Both the position numbers and the translations under genes were made by a program. The notes beneath the pieces were generated by a model. It did not search any database, was not told the DNA's origin, and saw only the letters and a list, made by a program, of their open reading frames with translations. This document shows positions 1-6,805 of a stretch of 11,178 bases of DNA, one piece after another; the first letter of the stretch is position 1; each line of letters opens with the position of its first letter. This stretch comes from Oligoflexales bacterium. Lineage in GTDB: Bacteria; Bdellovibrionota_B; Oligoflexia; Oligoflexales; CAIYRB01. Where the stretch lies: assembly GCA_041736175.1 (NCBI GenBank), contig JBGSUI010000258.1, positions 1 to 11,178 of the forward strand, read 5' to 3'.

Positions 1-9
1 CTAACTTAA

Positions 10-21
10 TTGTCAAAGAGC
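10..21 (-). promoter_or_regulatory. boxA-like Nus antitermination element (GCTCTTTGACAA)
   Basis: Minus strand reads ...GCCAGCTCTTTGACAATTAAG. This is one mismatch from the E. coli rrn boxA core GCTCTTTAACAA. Such elements precede rRNA genes and some CRISPR arrays; the target would lie left of the window. Confidence 0.65.
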
Positions 22-672
22 TGGCTCTCGCCATACATACTTCTGTACCACTGTGGCGGCGGATTTCCTAGCGTAAATCCTTAGCGGTTCGCCTTTTCTC
101 GCCCCTGAAGGAGCGAGATTGCGGCGAACATCTGTTCAAGGGGGTCGACAACCGCAATCAAGCTTGCTACCTCGCCATAGAGCAAACATTTGCTGGAGCA
201 CCACTCAAGCTACGGTTGATGAGCGCGGCAACACAGAACACAGAAACGATGTCGCTGCTATGGTTTTTGAAAACGGCGGTGGTCCAAGGGGACGAACGCT
301 GCCATACGTTCGAAGTCGACCTCACTCAGAGCGCCGCTCCCGGCATAAGGACCAACCTCGGATTTAAGAATCCCGTTCTCCTTGGAGCATATGCCACGTC
401 CACTTGGCCCAGGGCGTTTCCAAACGGGAGTGGCGCCTCGTCGACCACGGTTGGTCTCGGAATAAGTGTTATGACTCAAATCACGGGCTCTTGCGAAACG
501 ACGACCATCCGGATCTGTGATAACGCCGCCCACGCCAGTCATCAGAAGACTGCTGTCGGCTTCTTTCCCTGGTTAATAAAGCATTTCCAAGATTGGACCC
601 TTATCCCCGAGAAGGCCATCCCTGTGGACCTCGGGGGGTTGTTCCTTTTTTCCTTAATCAATAGGAGCGGCA
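22..672 (-). ncRNA. Candidate large structured non-coding RNA / long structured leader upstream of boxA
   Basis: No convincing protein ORF. Many nested or adjacent helices seen by eye: 605-611/630-636, 537-542/471-476, 517-521/480-484, 449-456/350-357, 423-429/371-377, 332-339/271-278, hairpin 293-312, 152-159/117-124, hairpin 97-118, hairpin 61-80. Several helices extend through G-U pairs only on the minus strand. Boundaries are approximate. Confidence 0.5.
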
Positions 673-678
673 CGAAAG

Positions 679-709
679 ATTATACTTGTAAGAATCTAGC
701 GCCTGTTAA
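679..709 (-). promoter_or_regulatory. Possible sigma-70 promoter for the structured leader (TTAACA-N19-TATAAT)
   Basis: Perfect TATAAT at 684-679 and a 5/6 -35 match TTAACA at 709-704 on the minus strand. The 19-nt spacer is longer than optimal. Confidence 0.35.
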
Positions 710-946
710 CCTTGGGAGACCGGCTGGATCGTAAAGTGGACCAAATAATTTAATGAGTTCCTGGCGGGAAGCGCAACCAACAAATCATGATGGCTGGTTT
801 TTCCAAACACGTGGGAATGGCAGCGCCGAGTGCTAAGACGTGCTAAAATAATCTTGACCCCGCCCTGTCCAGTGTCCCCCAAGAGGGATTCATCCAAAAA
901 CCCCAATTCCTTGACTTTAAGCTTTTCAATCGAGAGGATGCTCTCA

Positions 947-1813
947 ATGGACCTAGGTCAATCTAAAATCATTTTGTTTTGTCTAGGACTCATCTTGGGA
1001 GCTCCCGACCTCAAAGCCCAGGATTTTACACCGGCTCCCCCACCTGAGGCTCCAGAACTCACATCCCTTTTGGATCATTCACAAATCGAAGACCTCGTCT
1101 GGCGTGAGATCAACCAGATTTTTACCCAATTTAAAGTCTCACCGCGACCATTCCTGTGGGTTCAGGTAATTAAGTGGCCTCTCGCCGCAAAGACCCCCAC
1201 TTCGTGGGACATCACCTTTAAGATCAACGGCGAAGGCTCCCTCCTCCTGGAAAAAGAAGCCCGCAAGAGAATCGCCCGAACCATGGTGGCCAAAGGTTTT
1301 AGGTTTCAACTGGCACCGGCTTTTGGCCCGCTCCAACGGGACTCCCCCAGAGACCAAGATCCAAGGCCCCTTGTAGTGATCAAGACCCCCTTGAACGAGA
1401 GCGAAAGTTTGGAAATCCTCCCCGCCTTCAATCTCGCTTTGGTGGCCCGCTCCTGCTCCTGGTGCCAAGCTTTGATCAAAGGCAGTGCGTGGAGCGAAAG
1501 GACTCAGTTTCTCGTCCTGATATCCTTGGGTCTCCTCGCTCTTATGATCCTTGGGTTTGGGGTTAGGACACAAACCGCAAAAAAAATCCGCCCCAACCCT
1601 AAGACCTGTGATCTCCTCCGTCTCCCCGAGCTTCCTGAGCTTGCCTCAAATCCCACACTGATCCCGCTTCAGGAATATTACCTGTTGAGCCAGCTTCGGC
1701 GATCCTGCGGTGACGGTAGCATAAAAACAAAGATTAGTTTTTGCAGCAAATCCCTTGGTTCAGACTTGAGACCTCGCGTGAGAAATCACCCCGTATCCAA
1801 GATTGATAGATGA
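947..1813 (+). CDS. Hypothetical exported, membrane-anchored protein (~288 aa)
   Basis: ATG at 947 with GAGAGG 9 nt upstream gives a signal-peptide-like N-terminus (MDLGQSKIILFCLGLILGAPDLKA|QDF), a Pro-rich linker, one hydrophobic TM segment (FLVLISLGLLALMILGFGV) and a basic tail. The ORF-track start at 830 is probably too long. No family recognised. Confidence 0.65.
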   Translation: MDLGQSKIILFCLGLILGAPDLKAQDFTPAPPPEAPELTSLLDHSQIEDLVWREINQIFTQFKVSPRPFLWVQVIKWPLAAKTPTSWDITFKINGEGSLLLEKEARKRIARTMVAKGFRFQLAPAFGPLQRDSPRDQDPRPLVVIKTPLNESESLEILPAFNLALVARSCSWCQALIKGSAWSERTQFLVLISLGLLALMILGFGVRTQTAKKIRPNPKTCDLLRLPELPELASNPTLIPLQEYYLLSQLRRSCGDGSIKTKISFCSKSLGSDLRPRVRNHPVSKIDR

Positions 1814-1829
1814 CTCTATCCCCATTGAA

Positions 1830-1858
1830 TTGCCCAAATAATTTTTCTAGATTATAAT
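1830..1858 (+). promoter_or_regulatory. Sigma-70-type promoter TTGCCC-N17-TATAAT
   Basis: TTGCCC 1830-1835, 17-nt spacer, TATAAT 1853-1858, 50 nt upstream of the ATG at 1909. Confidence 0.6.
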
Positions 1859-1908
1859 TGATATCAACCGCCTAGAATCACAGTAACCATTAATGAGGAG
1901 CAGAAAAT

Positions 1909-2544
1909 ATGCTTTTATTTTGTCGATTGATACCCCTCCTTTTTACCTTAGTGCTTATCGAGTCATGTAAGTCTACTAATAACCGGATCACCGAAACGGA
2001 TTCTGCCGTAAAAGAGGCTGAATCTATAAAATCCCCTGACTTACTCCAATCATTTATGGACGTCTTAAGCATGACCCAGCAAGTCTTTAAGGAGAGAGCA
2101 TGTACCTGCGAGCTCTTGGCAAGCCGCAGGTCGGGCGTTGTAACTCACCGTCCTTTATGCTCCCAGATGAACCCATTAGTGGGAAATGTCAAAATCGCTG
2201 CATGCAATCCTCAACAGTTACAGCTCTGGACTTTAATACTCGAAACACCCAACGAATATTTTTCATTGGTGTATAGGCAAGACTTTGGATATGAAGTGTC
2301 CTTTTTAACAAATGAGGGTTCTGAGCCCGATAAATCAACGATCACTAAAGTATCAATCCCGTTAATAGGCAGCCAGGTCCACTCCAGAAAAATCCCATCC
2401 ATCGATCCAAAAATCGACGGAGCAAGCCGCCAATTAGGTTCTATTATGGCTCAGGTTGGCCTTGCCAGTACCGAAGGTGTGATACGACGTCTACATTTTT
2501 TTTACCGGGCCTTTGAGGCTCACCTTGGTAACGAATTAAATTAA
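1909..2544 (+). CDS. Hypothetical lipoprotein (211 aa)
   Basis: Strong RBS GAGGAG at 1895-1900. Hydrophobic signal followed by a lipobox-like Cys (LVLIES-C20) and a polar linker, plus four further Cys in the mature part. No family recognised. Confidence 0.75.
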   Translation: MLLFCRLIPLLFTLVLIESCKSTNNRITETDSAVKEAESIKSPDLLQSFMDVLSMTQQVFKERACTCELLASRRSGVVTHRPLCSQMNPLVGNVKIAACNPQQLQLWTLILETPNEYFSLVYRQDFGYEVSFLTNEGSEPDKSTITKVSIPLIGSQVHSRKIPSIDPKIDGASRQLGSIMAQVGLASTEGVIRRLHFFYRAFEAHLGNELN

Positions 2545-2641
2545 TGATTGACCATTGGAAAGCCTGGACCCAAATCCCACACCGAGCCCTGGAGAGCGAC
2601 GGAAATTTTGCCGTTCCTTGGATCGGCCTCGGATTAAAATA

Positions 2642-2669
2642 TTGAATTTGATGGAAAAAAAGCTATGCT
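2642..2669 (+). promoter_or_regulatory. Possible sigma-70 promoter TTGAAT-N16-TATGCT in the convergent intergenic region
   Basis: TTGAAT 2642-2647 and TATGCT 2664-2669. The -35 overlaps the left arm of a 10-bp inverted repeat AAATATTGAA (2637-2646) / TTCAATATTT (2690-2699). Confidence 0.35.
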
Positions 2670-2715
2670 CGGCTAATTCGGACCGCTACTTCAATATTTC
2701 CGGAAATTTTAACTT

Positions 2716-2847
2716 ATGACTTCAGATATCCCAAGAGCCATCGATCTTACTGAAATCACATTTAAAAAGAAAAGAAATAACACCAACATGTTAGGTGGAC
2801 GTGCAACCCAGGCCATTTTCCTCGCCTTTACCTGGTGGGAAGTATAG
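2716..2847 (+). CDS. Possible 43-aa small ORF (MTSDIPRAIDLTEITFKKKRNNTNMLGGRATQAIFLAFTWWEV)
   Basis: ATG 2716 to TAG 2847, downstream of the putative promoter at 2642-2669. No clear RBS. Confidence 0.2.
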   Translation: MTSDIPRAIDLTEITFKKKRNNTNMLGGRATQAIFLAFTWWEV

Positions 2848-2889
2848 GAACCACACAAATTTCGAGTCCCCGCAAAATGTAGAGAGGCC

Positions 2890-2914
2890 CTAGGGTGACC
2901 TTGAGTCACCCTAG
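2890..2914. terminator. Perfect 10-bp hairpin CTAGGGTGAC-CTTGA-GTCACCCTAG, likely 3' end/terminator structure of hppA
   Basis: Lies 12 nt past the hppA stop between convergent transcription units. It lacks a clear U-tract, so it may be a stabilising hairpin rather than a classic intrinsic terminator. Confidence 0.5.
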
Positions 2915-2926
2915 ATCTCAGATCTC

Positions 2927-5032
2927 CTAGAAACCAACCACCTGCCGTACCCACTCGTGGGCAGTGATCAGGAACGGCACAAACACCAGACTGATGATGG
3001 CCATCAGTTTCATTAGGATATTAAGGGATGGACCGGAAGTATCCTTAAAGGGGTCACCGACCGTATCGCCAACCACGGCAGCTTTATGGGTGTCAGAGCC
3101 CTTGCCCCCGTGCTTGCCGGTTTCGATATATTTTTTGGCGTTATCCCAAGCACCACCGGAGTTAGATGCGGAAAGAGCCATCACCACGCCACAGATCAGG
3201 GAGCCTGCAAGGAGCCCCGCAAGGGCGTGGATCCCGAAAATCGTCCCCACCACAAGGGGAGTCAAGAGAACCAAGAGTCCAGGAGCAATCATCTGCTCAA
3301 GAGCAGCTTTGGTCGAAATGGACACACAGGTTTTATAGTCTGGTTTTGCTTTACCTTCGAGAAGTCCAGGAATGGTCCGAAACTGGCGACGAACCTCTTC
3401 GATCATACCGTTGGCTGCTTTGCCCACAGCTAGCATGGTCTGGGCAGTAAACAAAAAGGGCAAAACGCCACCCACTAGGAGGCCCGAAAAGACCATCGGC
3501 GACAACAAATCTAACGACACTATCTGGGCTCTGGTCAAAAAAGCTGCAAAGAGAGCGAGAGCCGTAAGGACCGCCGATCCTATCGCAAATCCCTTGCCAA
3601 TCGCTGCCGTGGTGTTTCCGGCGGCATCAAGGGTATCGGTGCGTTTTCTGACTTCAGGTCCTAACTCGCACATTTCTGCGATTCCCCCTGCGTTGTCAGA
3701 AACCGGTCCGTAGGCATCGATGGTCAGACCGATGGCGATCGTCGAGATCATACCAATGGCTGCAATGGCAATTCCGTACATTCCCGCAAGGGACCAGGAA
3801 ACATAAACCGTGATGGCTAAGGCGATCACAGGCACTACCGCCGATCTGTATCCAACACTCAAGCCGTAGATAATATTGGTTGCAGCTCCGGTCCGGGAGG
3901 CATCAGCAATCGACCGGACGGGGGCGTAGGAGTGGGAGGTGTAATACTCGGTTACATAACCGATCAAGAGTCCCGCCCAGAGCCCTGTCAGGAGAGATGC
4001 AAGGACTCCGTTTTTGGTGACCGTGATGGTGCCAATGGCAAAGCTTTCCACCATAGCCCATTCGGTGACACCCCACATGGCAAAAGTCATCAGAACGGTA
4101 GAAATCAAAAGCTGGCGTTTGAGGATGGGTTCCACCTGGGTGGCATCAGGAGCGATACGGGCAAAAAAGGTCGTGATCAGACATACGGGAATCCCAATCG
4201 CACTGATCAGGAGGGGATAGAGAAGAGCTGTCTGGTTGCCAGCGATCGTTGCCGCAGTGGCGCCAATCACCAAGGCTGCACAGGTCGCTTCGGCCAAAGA
4301 GCCGAACAAGTCTGCGCCCATCCCTGCGATATCACCGACGTTGTCACCGACGTTGTCAGCAATCACAGCGGGGTTTCGGGGGTCATCTTCGGGGATTCCG
4401 GCTTCTACTTTGCCGACCAGGTCTGCGCCCACATCAGCGGCTTTTGTATAGATCCCGCCGCCAACACGACCAAAAAGAGCTACGGTGGAACCACCCAGTC
4501 CAAAACCAGTCACCATGTCCATGGCAAGATGGGCCTCTGGGATCATGGAGCTGTAGACGAGAGCGATTGAAATCATGGCCAATACCGCCAATCCGACCAA
4601 GCCAAAGCCCATCACGATGCCAGAGTTAAAGGCGACTTTGAAGGCTTCGGCGATATTTTTTTGGGCCCGGATCGTCGTCCGCACATTGCCCAAAATGGCA
4701 ATCTTCATGCCGAGATAGGCACAAACGCTTGAGGTCAGTGCCCCTAAGACAAAGGCGACAGAGCTGTAGATTCCGTCGTTAAACGGTGTGTGTGGATCGT
4801 TTAAGCTCACCAGGATCAGCAGGGCCATGGCGAGGACAAAACCTGCCACGTAGGTATACTCACGTCCTAGAAAGGCCATGGCTCCTTCGCTGATGGCTCC
4901 CGAAATCTCCTTAAGCCGCGCCGTATCCTTGCCCCCTTCGGCGTCCACAGAAATACTAGTGACCTTGCGGGCATAGGCTGCTGCTGTCACGAGAGCTAAA
5001 AAAGCACAGACATAAATCACGATAACTGCCAA
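2927..5032 (-). CDS. hppA: K+-dependent membrane-bound H+-translocating pyrophosphatase (AVP1/plant-like subfamily)
   Basis: Family motifs [67 protein letters not shown] and [17 protein letters not shown], with many TM helices. GNTTAA gives the K+-dependent Ala. TTG start with AGGAGG RBS at 5043-5038. Confidence 0.97.
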   Translation of the reverse strand: MAVIVIYVCAFLALVTAAAYARKVTSISVDAEGGKDTARLKEISGAISEGAMAFLGREYTYVAGFVLAMALLILVSLNDPHTPFNDGIYSSVAFVLGALTSSVCAYLGMKIAILGNVRTTIRAQKNIAEAFKVAFNSGIVMGFGLVGLAVLAMISIALVYSSMIPEAHLAMDMVTGFGLGGSTVALFGRVGGGIYTKAADVGADLVGKVEAGIPEDDPRNPAVIADNVGDNVGDIAGMGADLFGSLAEATCAALVIGATAATIAGNQTALLYPLLISAIGIPVCLITTFFARIAPDATQVEPILKRQLLISTVLMTFAMWGVTEWAMVESFAIGTITVTKNGVLASLLTGLWAGLLIGYVTEYYTSHSYAPVRSIADASRTGAATNIIYGLSVGYRSAVVPVIALAITVYVSWSLAGMYGIAIAAIGMISTIAIGLTIDAYGPVSDNAGGIAEMCELGPEVRKRTDTLDAAGNTTAAIGKGFAIGSAVLTALALFAAFLTRAQIVSLDLLSPMVFSGLLVGGVLPFLFTAQTMLAVGKAANGMIEEVRRQFRTIPGLLEGKAKPDYKTCVSISTKAALEQMIAPGLLVLLTPLVVGTIFGIHALAGLLAGSLICGVVMALSASNSGGAWDNAKKYIETGKHGGKGSDTHKAAVVGDTVGDPFKDTSGPSLNILMKLMAIISLVFVPFLITAHEWVRQVVGF

Positions 5033-5254
5033 CCTAACCTCCTGGAAAACCTCTAAAAAACGGTTTTAGTTAAAAAGATGCAAGGGTTTAGAAAACAATA
5101 TGCTGGGCATCAACTCCCTCAAGGGTCCCCTCAACAAAGTGCCCCAAAAGCATCTTGATAGAACCACCCCAAGGTCCTGCATGGTCTCTATTTATGACAA
5201 CAGGATGAGGATTTCGCAAGGTGAAAGGAGGGGGGCCTGCGAACAGGTAGGCCC

Positions 5255-5281
5255 TAAGGTTTTGTCGCGGGGCACCGATAG
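5255..5281 (+). promoter_or_regulatory. Sigma-28 (FliA)-type promoter TAAGGTTT-N11-ACCGATAG
   Basis: Matches the FliA consensus TAAAGTTT-N11-GCCGATAA with the exact 11-nt spacer, 39 nt upstream of the ATG at 5321. Confidence 0.75.
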
Positions 5282-5320
5282 GTCTGGTGATTGTGGTCGT
5301 TAGTTAACGGGAGATGTTTT

Positions 5321-6259
5321 ATGAGCCGCACAGACAACACAAAACCAGTCCTACTCGTGGTCGATGATGAACCAGAAATTAGGGAAATTATTGCGTTTTG
5401 TGCACAGGATATCGGGTTTCACGTCCTGGAAGCCGGCGACGGTGCCCAAGCCTTAGAAGTGGTGCGCAGCCACCACGTGGATATCGTTTGCTCTGACCTT
5501 ATGATGCCCCGGGTTTCGGGGATCACGCTCCTCTCCCATATGCGCGACGAGGGCCGCAGCCAGCCATTTATCCTACTCACTGCCTATCCTTCCCAGGATT
5601 CGACCATCCAAGCACTCCGCCTAGGGGCCTTTGATTATCTCGAAAAACCCTTTGAAACCGAAGAGCTTAAAAAGCTCCTCAACGAGGCACTCCGGGTGAG
5701 CCGCGAGGTCTCTCAAATCGGGTCCCAGGGTGCTGGAGGCGAGGAGTCTTTCAACCCCTTGGCCCAGGATAATTTTACCGAAGCCCTCCAGGTGATCAAC
5801 CGGCTCAAAGCTTTGCGTTATAACAACCCTGCAGCGAGCGATAATCCCCAGGAGGAGCGGAAAAAAGTCGTTGAACTGTTTATCAGTGAAGCGATCCCGC
5901 AGTTGGTTTTTTGTGATGGAGCCATTAAAAACCTAGAATCTGAGACCAACCGTGCCTTTGAACTAGGCTATCTCTTTCGAGTCATGCAGACTATCGCCTC
6001 GGCTGCAAGTGCAATCAACGAAGATCCAGTTGCCCAATTCGCTAAAAATGCCGAGCATTTTTACACGGCATTAAGGGTGAAACCCCGAAGCGTGCGGGAC
6101 GACTATATCGCTTTGGCGTCAGAGGCCAACGACGTCCTCCGCCAGGCCATCTCATCGATTGGTGCCGGGCCTCTTCCGGATCGATTCGCTGAAATCAGCG
6201 AGACACTTGGAAAAGAAGCTGCTATCCTCGCCGGAACTGTTGCTACGTCCGCTGCATAG
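5321..6259 (+). CDS. Response regulator: N-terminal receiver + C-terminal HPt/CheA-P1-like domain lacking the phospho-His (312 aa)
   Basis: Receiver motifs VVDDE, CSDLMMP (phospho-Asp), LLTA and YLEKPF. The C-terminal ELFISEA...LFRVMQTIASAA...AEHFYTALR aligns by eye with CheA P1 FFDEA...IFRAAHSIKGGA...MENLLDEAR. Start ATG 5321 with GGGAG RBS. Confidence 0.88.
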   Translation: MSRTDNTKPVLLVVDDEPEIREIIAFCAQDIGFHVLEAGDGAQALEVVRSHHVDIVCSDLMMPRVSGITLLSHMRDEGRSQPFILLTAYPSQDSTIQALRLGAFDYLEKPFETEELKKLLNEALRVSREVSQIGSQGAGGEESFNPLAQDNFTEALQVINRLKALRYNNPAASDNPQEERKKVVELFISEAIPQLVFCDGAIKNLESETNRAFELGYLFRVMQTIASAASAINEDPVAQFAKNAEHFYTALRVKPRSVRDDYIALASEANDVLRQAISSIGAGPLPDRFAEISETLGKEAAILAGTVATSAA

Positions 6260-6286
6260 AGACTGTCTTGCCTTTGAGGTGGCTCC

Positions 6287-6805
6287 TTGACGATTGACCA
6301 ACTGATCATTTCCTACGGCAGGTACCACCAAGACCCCCGGAATGTGATGACTCATTTCATTGGGGTTCCCTTGGTGGTGTTAAGCCTTATGATCGCCTTG
6401 GGTTGGGTGAGGATGGGTCTACCGATCCGTGGTGGCTACAAGCCTTCCTATGATCTTTCGTTGGCGATGGTTTTCACCGCCCTCGTGACCGTCTGGTATG
6501 TTAAGGTCGACGTGAAACTGGCCTTGGTGCAACTTCCTTTTACCGTGGCCTTGTTGTTCCTAGGGGACCATATAGCGACCCTTTCCTGGGGTCTCTCACT
6601 GACAGCTTTCATGGGCGTGTTTGTCCTAGGCTGGTTTTTCCAGCTTTTAGGTCATTACCTCGAGGGCAATCGACCTGCCCTCAGAGATAATTTTTTCCAA
6701 ATTTTCAATGCCCCGCTTTTTTTAGCTGCCGAATTGCTTTTTGCCCTGGGATTTTACCAGGGCCTACGGGACCGGATCAAAACCCCTGCTGCGCAAAAGC
6801 TTTAG
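6287..6805 (+). CDS. DUF962 / Mpo1-like membrane protein
   Basis: Family motifs Y..YHQDPRN..THFIGVP and GW..Q.LGHY.EGNRPA...QIFNAPLF, with several TM helices. TTG start with GAGGTGG RBS, 27 nt after the response regulator, so probably co-transcribed. Confidence 0.9.
   Translation: MTIDQLIISYGRYHQDPRNVMTHFIGVPLVVLSLMIALGWVRMGLPIRGGYKPSYDLSLAMVFTALVTVWYVKVDVKLALVQLPFTVALLFLGDHIATLSWGLSLTAFMGVFVLGWFFQLLGHYLEGNRPALRDNFFQIFNAPLFLAAELLFALGFYQGLRDRIKTPAAQKL

Noticed and set aside
22..672. Assignment of the structured region to tmRNA, RNase P, a group II intron, glmS or hammerhead ribozyme, or a c-di-GMP riboswitch
   Set aside because: Diagnostic motifs are absent: no tRNA-like ends, no GAGGAAAGUCC, no domain V. 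The CUGAUGA near 545-539 has no following stem II + GAAA, and GACGAGG/GCGCCA are in the wrong order for glmS.
119..734. ORFs 119..367 (+), 216..734 (+) and 258..542 (-)
   Set aside because: They overlap each other, have no recognisable domains or good RBS, and have atypical composition. The region is better explained as structured non-coding sequence.
706..946. ORF 706..906 (-) and the 830-946 extension of the first CDS
   Set aside because: This is promoter-like intergenic sequence, and a start at 947 gives an RBS and a proper signal peptide.
2716..2847. Small ORF as an IS1595-type transposase fragment
   Set aside because: Only a vague resemblance. No DDE motif, terminal inverted repeats or target duplication could be supported.
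2709..2954. ORF 2709..2954 (-)
   Set aside because: It starts inside the end of hppA, crosses the strong hairpin, has no RBS and no recognisable protein features.
2964..4629. Multiple plus-strand ORFs antisense to hppA
   Set aside because: Shadow ORFs of a highly conserved gene.
5100..5320. ORF 5100..5303, the 5291 TTG start, and hairpins such as GGGCCTGC/GTAGGCCC (5233-5254) as a riboswitch
   Set aside because: This is a divergent promoter region. The sigma-28 site and RBS support ATG 5321, and the hairpins lie upstream of the promoter and match no riboswitch consensus I know.
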